Assembly: GCA_045599645.1 (NCBI GenBank)
Contig: JAZRWI010000004.1
Coordinates: 76,803 to 140,802, forward strand
Length of the DNA stretch: 64,000 nucleotides
Direction of reading: 5' to 3'
Source of the DNA: Candidatus Avigastranaerophilus sp.
Lineage (GTDB): Bacteria; Muiribacteriota; Ozemobacteria; Ozemobacterales; Ozemobacteraceae
Of the stretch, positions 29,603 to 40,059 are shown piece after piece. The position numbers and the translations under genes were made by a program. Positions within the stretch are counted from its first letter, which is position 1, and each line of letters begins with the position of its first letter. The notes under the pieces were generated by a model. It was not told the DNA's origin and did no database searches. It worked only from the letters and a program-made list of their open reading frames with translations.

Positions 29603-30261
29603 ATAATTTCTTCCAAGTCATTCTCTACCCATTTCTGATGACTTTTATTAGATATAATAATTTTATTTTTGCATATATTCAATAATGGTTTATCAGAAAT
29701 ACTATCAGTAATACAAATATCAAAACTTCCTTCTATCTTGTTATTTTTCAAATATTGATTCAATAAAACAATTTTTGATTTACCCATACAATCTAATCCT
29801 TCAAATCTGCCAGTTAATTTTCCGTCAAATATTTCAAACTTAGATGCAATTATATCAGTGATACCAATATCCCTCGCGAAATGGTAAATATACTCATCGC
29901 ATCCACCACTAACGATAATGACTCTATAACCAGATGCAATCTTATCTTTTACTATTTCTATAGTTTCGTCAATGAATGATTTTTTTAATTCTAATTCATA
30001 ATATTCCTTAGCAAAATACTCAAATTTATCTTTGGATAGACCTCTTAATAGCCAAACAAGAAATTTTTTATACACATAACCAGAATAATTAAAATATTGT
30101 AATATTCTTTGTACTATCGAAAAGAAAAAACAAACGCAATGATTTGTAGCAATAGAATATCTCTTAGGGAATTCTGATTTCAAAATCATTTTGACAAAAG
30201 GATCGAATGTTTGAAATCTGATTACAGTTCCACAAAAGTCTAATAAAACAATTTTATTCAT
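29593..30261 (-). CDS. HAD-superfamily hydrolase (IB-like)
   Basis: N-terminal LLDFCGTV motif I. C-terminal D-containing motif. 222 aa. Confidence 0.55.
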   Translation of the reverse strand: MNKIVLLDFCGTVIRFQTFDPFVKMILKSEFPKRYSIATNHCVCFFFSIVQRILQYFNYSGYVYKKFLVWLLRGLSKDKFEYFAKEYYELELKKSFIDETIEIVKDKIASGYRVIIVSGGCDEYIYHFARDIGITDIIASKFEIFDGKLTGRFEGLDCMGKSKIVLLNQYLKNNKIEGSFDICITDSISDKPLLNICKNKIIISNKSHQKWVENDLEEIIWD

Positions 30262-31372
30262 TTTTCAAATAAGATTCTATCGTTTCAAAAACGCGCTTCA
30301 TCTGATTCTTTGTTCCTATTGTTATTCTTAAGCAATATTTTTCAAGGAACTCTGTCTGAGAAACATTTCTAACAAAAATATCATTTTTCTCAAGATAATT
30401 TATTAAATTAAGTTTAATTACTGAATTTTCACAAACAATCAAAACAAAATTTCCATAACCATTAAAACATTTAATTTTAGTGGAAAGAGATTTCATTTTA
30501 TCAACGAACCATACTTTTGCCTGGTTAACTTCCGACACATAATTTTGCATATAATCCAAATCACTTAAAGCACCTATTGCTGCTTCTTGAGCAAAGGTTG
30601 TTATATTTTTTGGATTTCGAATCTTAGAAATATATTCTATATTTCTCTTTGAAGCAATTAAATAACCAAATCTAAAATTAGCTAAGGCAAAAGCTTTTGA
30701 CATTGTTCGAGAAATAAGCAAATTTTCATATTTTAAAACAAGCTCTTTTGCAGACTTGCCAGAAAATTCAGCATAAGCTTCATCAACGAGGAACAAAGTC
30801 TGATTAAACTTTTTTAACAAAACTTCAATAAACTCTGTACTATGAAGATTACCCGTTGGATTATTAGGATTGCATATATAAACAAGCGAAGGATCTATTC
30901 TCTTTATTTCTTCAACAAATTTATCACTATTAAAATTTAATTCATTACCAATACAATAATAATTTAAATCTGCTCCACATACTTCAGCGGTTAATCTGAA
31001 ATTATCGTATGTCGGACCTAGAATCAAGATTGGATCGCCAACAGAAATATACAGCTTAGATATATATTCATGCAAACTATCAGAACTAGCAAAATACTGA
31101 ATATTCTCTTTTGGTAAATTCAAGTAAGAAGCTAACAGAGTTAGTAATTCATCATTGCAAGTAGAAGGATACAAATTGAAAAAAGGTTCGTCTGAAATTA
31201 GATTAATTATTCTTTCTATAACTTTTGGTGATGGTGGTATTGTTGCTTCATTCCAATCAAGCTTCAATATATTTTTTCTTTCAGAAGTCTTGATATTCCA
31301 AATTTTGTGGGAAGCAAGCTTATATGGCTTAAAATTTCTTAAGTATTTATTAACAAATTTATTAGAATTCAT
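30254..31372 (-). CDS. Class I/II PLP-dependent aminotransferase (HisC/CobD-like)
   Basis: LDWNEATIPPSP, NPNNPTG and SKAF (Lys) motifs typical of the histidinol-phosphate aminotransferase family. Confidence 0.7.
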   Translation of the reverse strand: MNSNKFVNKYLRNFKPYKLASHKIWNIKTSERKNILKLDWNEATIPPSPKVIERIINLISDEPFFNLYPSTCNDELLTLLASYLNLPKENIQYFASSDSLHEYISKLYISVGDPILILGPTYDNFRLTAEVCGADLNYYCIGNELNFNSDKFVEEIKRIDPSLVYICNPNNPTGNLHSTEFIEVLLKKFNQTLFLVDEAYAEFSGKSAKELVLKYENLLISRTMSKAFALANFRFGYLIASKRNIEYISKIRNPKNITTFAQEAAIGALSDLDYMQNYVSEVNQAKVWFVDKMKSLSTKIKCFNGYGNFVLIVCENSVIKLNLINYLEKNDIFVRNVSQTEFLEKYCLRITIGTKNQMKRVFETIESYLKNE

Positions 31373-31532
31373 TGATTTATTCTATCATAATTTAATTGTT
31401 AAAACAATATTAAGAATAATCTTTTATTTATCCCCTCAAATGAAATTTTAAATATTTTGATTGACTACATATACAATAATTTAATAGACGTTATAACAAT
31501 AACATGCTATACCATTAAAAGGTATTACATTT

Positions 31533-32483
31533 ATGAAAAAAAAAATTAGTATAATAATGAGTTGCTACAATGAATCTGAGCAGGAACTATATGATTCTAT
31601 CAACTCAATTTTATGTCAAACCTATAAGAACATTGAATTAATTATAGTCAATGACAATCCAACTAATCAAAATTTAAAGAAGTTCTTAAGTCATTATTCA
31701 AAAGACAAAAGAATCAAACTAATTAATAATGAAAAGAATTTAGGCTTGGCACAGAGTCTTAACAAAGCCATAAAAATTGCTATTGGTGAATATATAGCAA
31801 GAATGGATGCAGACGACGTATCATTACCTAATAGATTAGAAAAACAAGTTGCATACTTAGAAGCACATGATGATTGTTCTATGGTAGCAACAAATCGCAA
31901 TGATATCGATGAAAATTCACAAATAATACAAAAAAATGCAGCAATTATTGTTTCCGACAAATTGCTAAGGCGAATAACCAGATTTGGTTCAATAATCACT
32001 CATCCGAGCATTATGATAAGGGCCAACATTTTAAAAGAAGTTGGTTGCTATAGGTCATTCCCAGCAGCTCAAGATTATGACCTTTGGTTAAGAATGTTAT
32101 CCGCTAGAAAGAGAATTCATATTCTACCAGATGTTCTATTGAATTACAGAATTCGTCAAAGTAGCATCACAAAATCAAATCCTTCGAAACAGTATTTGTG
32201 TAAATATTATGCCCAAATCCTATATAAAGAAAGATTAAACAATGGCATAGATTCTTTTAATGAAAACACACTAACCAATTTACTTAAATGTGATCCAAAT
32301 ATGAGAAATTCTCTTAACAATCAGCATAGTCAAATATTGTTGCTAAAAAGTAAAAATGTTTTGGGTAAAATCTCTGCCATCACATCAATTATTAAAGATT
32401 TTATTATATATCCACACAACAGACGTAATCTTATAAATCAAATAGCAATTAGATTATTAATAATCCTTTCCAAAAAGAAATAA
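31533..32483 (+). CDS. Glycosyltransferase family 2
   Basis: ISIIMSCYNESE...IELIIVNDN...ARMDADD motifs. Confidence 0.8.
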   Translation: MKKKISIIMSCYNESEQELYDSINSILCQTYKNIELIIVNDNPTNQNLKKFLSHYSKDKRIKLINNEKNLGLAQSLNKAIKIAIGEYIARMDADDVSLPNRLEKQVAYLEAHDDCSMVATNRNDIDENSQIIQKNAAIIVSDKLLRRITRFGSIITHPSIMIRANILKEVGCYRSFPAAQDYDLWLRMLSARKRIHILPDVLLNYRIRQSSITKSNPSKQYLCKYYAQILYKERLNNGIDSFNENTLTNLLKCDPNMRNSLNNQHSQILLLKSKNVLGKISAITSIIKDFIIYPHNRRNLINQIAIRLLIILSKKK

Positions 32484-32623
32484 AGTTTTATGTCTTGTAT
32501 TTGTCATAAATCTGAAGGTCATAAAAAGTCATCAAAAGCAACAAATTCTTTATTGTATGCAATAAAAAATTCGTATATAATCTTATAGGTACATTAAAGA
32601 AAATAGTTAGAACAGTTTTATTT

Positions 32624-33718
32624 ATGAAACAAATATTAGATTTAAATAAAAATAACATACTAATCACTGGTGGTGCTGGATTTATTGGTTCTAAGCTTGT
32701 TTATGAACTCATTCGTTCCTTTGATTCAATAGATGTCATTAATATAGATAACTTAAATGATTATTATGATGTTTCTCTTAAAGAATGGCGGTTGAAACAG
32801 ATTGATAATCTTATTTCTAAGTTTCCGAATTCAACGCACACTTTTATAAAGGGTGATATTTCAGATAAATCTTTAATCGATTCTGTGTTTGCTTCATATA
32901 AACCAGATGTTGTGGTTAATCTTGCTGCCCAGGCAGGGGTAAGATATTCAATTGTAAATCCAGATGCTTACATAAAAAGTAACATTATAGGATTTTATAA
33001 TATACTTGAAGCTTGTCGTCACTCATATGACAACAATGCTACAGGTGTGAAACATTTGGTTTACGCCAGTTCAAGCTCCATTTACGGAACCAATGCTAAG
33101 GTTCCATATTCTACTGATGATAAAGTAGATAATCCAGTATCTCTTTATGCTGCGACCAAGAAAAGCGATGAGCTTCTTGCTCATGCATATAGCAAGCTAT
33201 ACAATATTCCTTCTACAGGCCTAAGATTTTTCACTGTATATGGGCCTGCTGGAAGACCGGACATGGCTTATTTTTCCTTCACCAATAAGCTTTTAAAAGG
33301 TCAAAAAATACAAATATTCAATTATGGTAACTGCAAACGAGATTTTACTTATGTTGACGACATTGTCGAAGGAATTATACGCGTTATGTATGGAGCCCCA
33401 ATAAAAACTAACGGTCGAGATGGTCTGCCATTACCACCTTACGCACTATACAACATAGGAAATCAAACCCCAGAAAACCTTTTAGATTTTGTTCAAATTC
33501 TACAAGAAGAACTAGTTCGTGTAAAATTATTACCAGCAGATTTTGATTTTGAAAATCATAAAGAATTAGTAGCTATGCAGCCAGGAGATGTTCCTATAAC
33601 GTGCGCAGATTGCGAACCATTATTTAAAGACTTCGGTTACAAACCAAATACTTCCTTAAGAGATGGATTAAGAAGTTTTGCTGAATGGTATGCTGAATAT
33701 TTCAAAATAAAATCGTAA
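32624..33718 (+). CDS. NAD-dependent sugar-nucleotide epimerase (UDP-glucuronate 4-epimerase-like)
   Basis: ILITGGAGFIGSKL Rossmann motif, YASSSSIYG, YAATKK catalytic motifs. 364 aa. Confidence 0.7.
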   Translation: MKQILDLNKNNILITGGAGFIGSKLVYELIRSFDSIDVINIDNLNDYYDVSLKEWRLKQIDNLISKFPNSTHTFIKGDISDKSLIDSVFASYKPDVVVNLAAQAGVRYSIVNPDAYIKSNIIGFYNILEACRHSYDNNATGVKHLVYASSSSIYGTNAKVPYSTDDKVDNPVSLYAATKKSDELLAHAYSKLYNIPSTGLRFFTVYGPAGRPDMAYFSFTNKLLKGQKIQIFNYGNCKRDFTYVDDIVEGIIRVMYGAPIKTNGRDGLPLPPYALYNIGNQTPENLLDFVQILQEELVRVKLLPADFDFENHKELVAMQPGDVPITCADCEPLFKDFGYKPNTSLRDGLRSFAEWYAEYFKIKS

Positions 33719-33774
33719 AAGTATTGAAAGTTTTCAAAATTATATTCTAAGCACTAACAAAAAAATAATATAAT

Positions 33775-33965
33775 TCCGGTTCATAACCAGATAATATTCT
33801 CTTCTAGTCAATGCTTGCTTCGAAACAGCAACTTTATTAAGTTAACCACAAAACTAAGAAATCAATACAACTCACCATGATTACTACATAAAGCTTAAAA
33901 AACGGGTTATATAATACTCTTGTTTCTAGTGAAATAACCATGGAAGATTTATTTTTTTGAATCTA
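33775..33965 (+). pseudogene. Remnant of a DUF234-ATPase gene 3' end plus its flanking sequence
   Basis: 33855-33965 aligns to 37632-37745 (last ~35 codons of the ATPase gene). 33775-33835 aligns to 37893-37950. Confidence 0.6.
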
Positions 33966-34052
33966 ATCTAGGAATCTAGTAATCACATTATAAATCTATT
34001 CTATTTGAGAATTGTTTATTGTATAATAATTTGTTAATATTTAACCAAATTA

Positions 34053-35057
34053 ATGCAAACAGATACATTAAATAAACAATATATGAATTACCAGGAACCA
34101 GAGCAAAGTAAAAAATTAATGGAACTGAATGCATATTATATAGATAATTATGCGTCAAAAGATCCTTCATTTAAGGCTTTGATCAAGTTTAGACTTGATA
34201 ATGCTATCACATATCTAAAAAAACTTATAAAAAACAAAGATAACAGCCTAAAAAAAATATTAATCAAGATTATTACCAGAATTTACCCATCAATAAGCAT
34301 TGATCATCTGAATATTCCACAACCATCTGCTAATACTGAAATCAACTATATAAGTAAAAACAAAAATAAAAGTGCAAAAGTTGCAGTATATACATCAATT
34401 TTTGGTGAGTCAGATATTATACATGAGCCTCTTTATAAGAGTGACAAATGCGACTACTATGCTATAACAGACCAGAACTTATCAACTGATAGTTTTTGGA
34501 AAAAGCTTGATTGTTCTGGCATCCCAGGATTTTCAGAATATGACGGTTATCATAAATCAAAATTCTGCAAACTATTCCCACATATCTTATTTCCTGAATA
34601 TGATTATTCAATCTGGGTTGATGGTAATGCTCAAATTGTCGCAGATTTATATCCCTTGATAGATCAACTTGATGACAGTCATGTTATGGGCTCATTTGAG
34701 AATCCGCTTCATGACTGCATATATACAGAGAAGAATTATATTATTTACATTGATGCCGCTAATACTAAGGCTATTGAAAATCAAATAAAAACTTACAAAA
34801 AAGCAGGTTTTCCCCCCAAATACGGTATGCGTGAATTTTCAATATTAATGCGCAGACACAGTGATAAAAAATTACAAGATCTCATGAACCAATGGTGGGA
34901 ACATTGCAACAAATATACAATGCGAGATCAAATAAGTTTCCCATTTATATTATGGAAAAATGGCCTAGATATAGATTATATTCAGAAATATTCCGGTAAT
35001 TGGAGAAAGAATCCAAGATTTTTGTTCATTTCACACAAAAGATTCAACAATTCATAG
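34053..35057 (+). CDS. DUF616-family protein (putative glycosyltransferase of capsule/O-antigen loci)
   Basis: VAVYTSIFGESD..., EYDYSIWVDGN, DQISFPFILWKN fit the DUF616 pattern. Confidence 0.55.
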   Translation: MQTDTLNKQYMNYQEPEQSKKLMELNAYYIDNYASKDPSFKALIKFRLDNAITYLKKLIKNKDNSLKKILIKIITRIYPSISIDHLNIPQPSANTEINYISKNKNKSAKVAVYTSIFGESDIIHEPLYKSDKCDYYAITDQNLSTDSFWKKLDCSGIPGFSEYDGYHKSKFCKLFPHILFPEYDYSIWVDGNAQIVADLYPLIDQLDDSHVMGSFENPLHDCIYTEKNYIIYIDAANTKAIENQIKTYKKAGFPPKYGMREFSILMRRHSDKKLQDLMNQWWEHCNKYTMRDQISFPFILWKNGLDIDYIQKYSGNWRKNPRFLFISHKRFNNS

Positions 35058-35062
35058 AAAAA

Positions 35063-36094
35063 ATGATTAAAAACAGAGAACTAAAACTATCAATTGCTAT
35101 GACAACCTATAATGGTAGCAAATATATTTTGGAACAATTACAAAGCTTTGCCAAGCAATCAATACTTCCAGATGAAATAGTTATATGCGATGATTGTTCC
35201 AATGACAATACCGTGGAAATAATCGAAGATTTTAAGAAGAATTCCGGATTAAACATAAGAATAATAAGAAACCCACATAATATTGGAGTAATAAAAAACT
35301 TCGAAAAAGCTATAACCAGCACAACGGGTGATATAATATTTCTTTCTGATCAGGATGATTATTGGTTTCCACAAAAACTAGAAGAATATACTAATGCATT
35401 TCAAAATAATAGAGATGTTGACTTTATATTTTCTGATGTACAAATAGCAGACCAAGATTTAAATGTGCTCTCTGGCTCTCTATTTACAGAAGAACAAAAA
35501 TTATATCCAAAACGTTTTGTTAATTCTAATCTTATAAATATAATGAGTTTTATATCAATGAAGCTTTCAGCCAGTGGTGCTACCATAGCTTTCAGAAGAG
35601 ATTTGCTTACCTATATATTACCAATTCCAAAAATAAATCATCTTCTACACGATGGTTGGATAGAAAAAATAGCTTTATCAACACGCAACTGCATAATGCT
35701 ACCAGAACCGTATTCAAAATACAGACAGCATGACAATAACTTTGATGGATACAAATCTGGTATTATCAATAAAATTAAAGATCTTATCGGTCTGTATAAA
35801 TTCAGACAAAACGAGTATGACTACCTGTCTGCAATCAGCGAAAGGCTTATAAGTATTGATTTTGATAATAAAAGAAATATAATAGAAATAATCCTTAGGA
35901 AACAAAACTATTTATCAAAGCAAATCAAACAATATAACCAGAAAAGATACTTAAAAATACTACTTACCATATTTGAGTATCAGTTTTCAGGAGTGTATGC
36001 CAAATATTATAGAGGAACAAGAACCTTTATAAAAGATATATTTGCATTAATAATTCAAATTCTATTCAATACAAAATTCATTTTTGTCAGTTAA
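35063..36094 (+). CDS. Glycosyltransferase family 2
   Basis: LSIAMTTYNGSKYI...IVICDDCSND...FLSDQDD motifs. The ATG at 35063 avoids overlap with the upstream gene. Confidence 0.75.
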   Translation: MIKNRELKLSIAMTTYNGSKYILEQLQSFAKQSILPDEIVICDDCSNDNTVEIIEDFKKNSGLNIRIIRNPHNIGVIKNFEKAITSTTGDIIFLSDQDDYWFPQKLEEYTNAFQNNRDVDFIFSDVQIADQDLNVLSGSLFTEEQKLYPKRFVNSNLINIMSFISMKLSASGATIAFRRDLLTYILPIPKINHLLHDGWIEKIALSTRNCIMLPEPYSKYRQHDNNFDGYKSGIINKIKDLIGLYKFRQNEYDYLSAISERLISIDFDNKRNIIEIILRKQNYLSKQIKQYNQKRYLKILLTIFEYQFSGVYAKYYRGTRTFIKDIFALIIQILFNTKFIFVS

Positions 36095-36297
36095 AAACTC
36101 CAAAACATTTTTAATAAAATAGAATGCGTTTTGAATAGTCTAAAATATGACTTCATTGTTCGTATTATTTGTCTTTTGTTTGTCGTACACCCTCTTCATT
36201 CAAATTAGTTAACATTATTGTCCAAATCTTCATTTTTATTCGACTTTTAGACAAACTTAAATTGACAAGTCTATTATATAAAATTATTATATAAACT

Positions 36298-37740
36298 ATG
36301 AATAAGAATAAAATAATTGGACGAAACAAAGAATGTAATAGATTACAGGATTGCCTGGATGAAGATAATGCACAATTAGTTATCGTATATGGAAGGAGAA
36401 GAGTAGGCAAAACCTACCTTATCAATAAGTTTTTTGGAAATAAATTCGCATTTAAATTAACTGGCGCATATGAACAAAAGAAAGATATTCAACTACGCAA
36501 TTTTGTAACAGAGTTAGAAAGAAAATCAGGCAAGAAGCATGAAACACCATCTGACTGGATACAAGCTTTTACAATATTAAGAGAGTATCTAGAAAATTTG
36601 CCGTCAAATCAAAAGCAAATAGTATTTTTTGATGAAATGCCGTGGCTTGACACATTTCATTCAGGTTTTTTAGCTGCATTCGAATGGTTTTGGAACGATT
36701 TTGGTTCTACTATGGACAATCTTATTTTCATTGTTTGTGGTTCAGCAACTTCATGGATGACTGAAAAATTGGACAGAAATAAAGGTGGACTTTTTAATAG
36801 ACAAACCTGCAAATTATACTTAAATCCATTTAATTTGTCAGAGGTAGAGGAATATCTCTGTTCAAAAGGTTTTATGTGGTCTAAATATGAAATTGCAGAA
36901 TGTTTTATGATAATGGGCGGCATACCTTATTATCTTAGCTTATTAAAAAAGAAAGAATCCTTTAACCAAAACATAGATAGATTATTTTTTGAAAATAAAG
37001 GTGAACTGTATGGAGAGTTTGACAATCTCTATGCTACTCTTTTTTCAAATAGTAACAGTTATATTAAGATTATTATTGCAATAAGTAAAAAGATAATCGG
37101 TATGACCAGGAATGAAATAATTAATGCAACAAGGCTGCCATCAAATGGGTTATTCACTAAAATGTTAAGTAACCTGGTTGACTCCGGCTTTCTTAGAATA
37201 TCAACATTCTATGGAAGAAAAAAGAAAGAAACTTTATATCAATTAGCAGACTATTATACAGCCTTCTACCTTCATTTTGTAAGAGATAACTATGGCAAAG
37301 ATGAGCATTTCTGGAGCAATTCCTTAGATAATCCATCAAGAAGAGTATGGGAAGCCTTAATATTTGAACAACTATGCAAAGATCACATCAAGCAGATTAA
37401 ACATAAGTTAGGCATATCAGGTGTTCTATCGGAAGAATCGTCATGGTTTACCTTACCTGATAACGAAAAAGGAATTTCTGGAGCTCAAATTGATTTATTA
37501 ATTGAAAGAAGAGATAGAGTGATAAACATATGTGAAATTAAATTTTATCATGATAAATTTTCTATAGACAAATCATATGAAATGATTCTTAGAAATAAAA
37601 TCAGCAGCTTTATTAAGGCAACCGAAACCAAGAAATCAATACAACTCACTATGATTACTACATATGGCTTAAAAAAAGGATTATATAATACTCTTGTTTC
37701 TAATGAAATAACCATGGAAGATTTATTTATTAGAATCTAA
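36298..37740 (+). CDS. AAA ATPase of the Arch_ATPase + DUF234 family
   Basis: IIGRNKE...LVIVYGRRRVGKTYL Walker A, FFDEMPW Walker B. C-terminal DUF234-like region. Confidence 0.75.
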   Translation: MNKNKIIGRNKECNRLQDCLDEDNAQLVIVYGRRRVGKTYLINKFFGNKFAFKLTGAYEQKKDIQLRNFVTELERKSGKKHETPSDWIQAFTILREYLENLPSNQKQIVFFDEMPWLDTFHSGFLAAFEWFWNDFGSTMDNLIFIVCGSATSWMTEKLDRNKGGLFNRQTCKLYLNPFNLSEVEEYLCSKGFMWSKYEIAECFMIMGGIPYYLSLLKKKESFNQNIDRLFFENKGELYGEFDNLYATLFSNSNSYIKIIIAISKKIIGMTRNEIINATRLPSNGLFTKMLSNLVDSGFLRISTFYGRKKKETLYQLADYYTAFYLHFVRDNYGKDEHFWSNSLDNPSRRVWEALIFEQLCKDHIKQIKHKLGISGVLSEESSWFTLPDNEKGISGAQIDLLIERRDRVINICEIKFYHDKFSIDKSYEMILRNKISSFIKATETKKSIQLTMITTYGLKKGLYNTLVSNEITMEDLFIRI

Positions 37741-38130
37741 TCTATCAATATTGTCCAAATCTGATAATTTTTATTAGATTTGGACACGCAAAACCATATT
37801 TAATTAGCTCCAAAACTTTCTCCGATTATGATGTATTAATGAACAAGCAGTAGTTCCAAAACCAACAAATGAATAATTGAATTCTATTTCATAACCAAAG
37901 AATACTCTTTTATAGCCAATGCTTGATTCGAATATGTTGTTTCTTATTTCAATTTTGCAGAATCATTAAACTATTCAGCAGTGCTGTATGCACAATGTAA
38001 TAAATCGACTTTCCGAGCAACATAAATATTATTGTTATTAGTGCTATTTCAATCTTTATCAACTACATAATTTTTGAATCATACTTGTCAAATAAGAAGA
38101 AAATGATTAGAATAAAGTAGGAGGTTGGTT

Positions 38131-40059
38131 ATGATAGATATTGAGAATGTGCTGAGAGAAAGAGAAAATCAATTTATTGAAGCCAAACTGGCTGATTCGA
38201 AGGTGCCAAAAAGTATATGGGAAACCTATTCTGCTTTCGCCAATACTTTTGGTGGTACCATTATCTTAGGTTTAAAAGAAGACAAAACAACAAAAAAATT
38301 ATCTGTTGAAGGTGTTAAGAATCCGGATCAGATTATTTCCGATATTTGGAATACCTTAAACAATAATAGCAAAGTCAGTTCTAACATACTTTTAAGTAAT
38401 CATATATACAAAATAGAATACAACAACAAAACGCTAGTAGTAATAAATGTTCCTAGAGCTTGTCGGTCAGACCGACCCGTTTACGTAGGTGAAGATTTTT
38501 TTAAAGGCACTTACAGACGCAATCATGAAGGTGATTACCATTGTAACAAGACAGAAGTTAAATCAATGCTCAGAGACCAGTCTGAAGTTACTTCAGACAG
38601 TCTGCTCTTAGACAATGTGCCTATTACAGCACTAAATCATGATTCAATAAAGCGCTATAGAATCATATTTAAAAATCTAAGACCAGACCACGTATGGGTA
38701 GAATTGAGCAACGATGAGTTTCTATGCAAAATAGGCGCTGCAAGAATATTCCAGAGTGACGGCAAACTGCACCCAACTCTTGGCGGCCTTATTTTCTTTG
38801 GTGATTTCATTGAAATACAGAATGAATTGCCTAACTTTTTCCTAGATTACAGAGAAAGACTCGATTTCAACAATCGCTGGACCGACCGAGTCTGTTCAGG
38901 TGACGCCGACTGGAGCGGGAACGTTTTTGATTTTTATTTCAAAGTAGCTTCAAAGTTAACTTCTGAAATAAAAAGACCTTTTGCCTTAGACAATAACATG
39001 CAAAGAATAGATGATACCCCACTGCATAAAGGTGTCAGAGAAGCCTTAGCCAATGCCTTGATTCATGCAGACTATTACGGAACCCGAGGTGTTGTAATAG
39101 ATAAATATCCAGATTCCATATCAATTTCAAACCCTGGCAGCTTCAGAATACCTATTTTTGACGCTATCGGTGGCGGTATAAGTGATGCCAGAAACAGTAA
39201 AATTTTTAATATGTTCGCACTTATCGAAGTAGGCGAGCGTTCAGGAATGGGCTTGTGCAATCTTTGTGATGTATGGCGTAAGAACAACCTTCCAACACCC
39301 TATGTAAAAGAAAGTCTTACCCCTTGCGAACGAATAACAGTAGAACTACAATTAAACAAAAACGAAAACAATAACTTTGTGGAAGAATCGAACGCAGGAA
39401 TTTATTTCACTACAAATAAACCTTCGTCTTCCCTTATAAATAATCATTCTCTAACTACACTAACAACAAAAGAAAATAGCTTAAAAGCAACATTTAACAT
39501 TCCACTTTCATCTCCAGACCATGCTTTTACCACTACACATTCTCAAAAAGAGAAGAAAAACATTTCTAACAAACCAACAGACTCATCTTTATCACAAGAT
39601 TTTACCACTACACAATCGAAAATAATCAGCAACAACACGTCCTATAATCCTTCTTTTTCAGCTTTCTCACAATGTTTGTCCACTACACAATCAAATACAG
39701 ACAACTGTAATATATCCAACAACCATGCAACTTCATCTTTACCACAAAGTTTATCCATTACACATTCAAACAAAAGTGATACCAACACGTCTGATAATTC
39801 TACAGTTTCAGCTTTATCACAAGATTCATCCACTACACAATTAACAAAACACCTATCAATAAATGATCCGAATAGTATTGAAGATTTAATATTAAAAGAA
39901 ATACTTTCTTACCCACAGATATCTCATAAAAAACTATCAGAGAATCTTGAAAGGAAACAAAGTTCAATCAGGTTTTATCTTGAAAGATTGCAAAAAAAGG
40001 GTATAGTTAGTCGAATCGGTAGCAATAGAAATGGATTCTGGAGAATAAACAGGAAATGA
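38131..40059 (+). CDS. COG2865-type ATP-binding regulator: N-terminal AlbA_2/Schlafen-like domain, HATPase_c_4-like domain, S/T-rich repeat linker, C-terminal wHTH
   Basis: FIEAKLADSKVPKSIWETYSAFANTFGGTIILGLKED (AlbA_2 core). ALANALIHADY...G.G region. C-terminal LSENLERKQSSIRFYLERLQKKGIV HTH. ATG at 38131 follows GGAGG. Stop overlaps the GT4 start (ATGA). Confidence 0.65.
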   Translation: MIDIENVLRERENQFIEAKLADSKVPKSIWETYSAFANTFGGTIILGLKEDKTTKKLSVEGVKNPDQIISDIWNTLNNNSKVSSNILLSNHIYKIEYNNKTLVVINVPRACRSDRPVYVGEDFFKGTYRRNHEGDYHCNKTEVKSMLRDQSEVTSDSLLLDNVPITALNHDSIKRYRIIFKNLRPDHVWVELSNDEFLCKIGAARIFQSDGKLHPTLGGLIFFGDFIEIQNELPNFFLDYRERLDFNNRWTDRVCSGDADWSGNVFDFYFKVASKLTSEIKRPFALDNNMQRIDDTPLHKGVREALANALIHADYYGTRGVVIDKYPDSISISNPGSFRIPIFDAIGGGISDARNSKIFNMFALIEVGERSGMGLCNLCDVWRKNNLPTPYVKESLTPCERITVELQLNKNENNNFVEESNAGIYFTTNKPSSSLINNHSLTTLTTKENSLKATFNIPLSSPDHAFTTTHSQKEKKNISNKPTDSSLSQDFTTTQSKIISNNTSYNPSFSAFSQCLSTTQSNTDNCNISNNHATSSLPQSLSITHSNKSDTNTSDNSTVSALSQDSSTTQLTKHLSINDPNSIEDLILKEILSYPQISHKKLSENLERKQSSIRFYLERLQKKGIVSRIGSNRNGFWRINRK

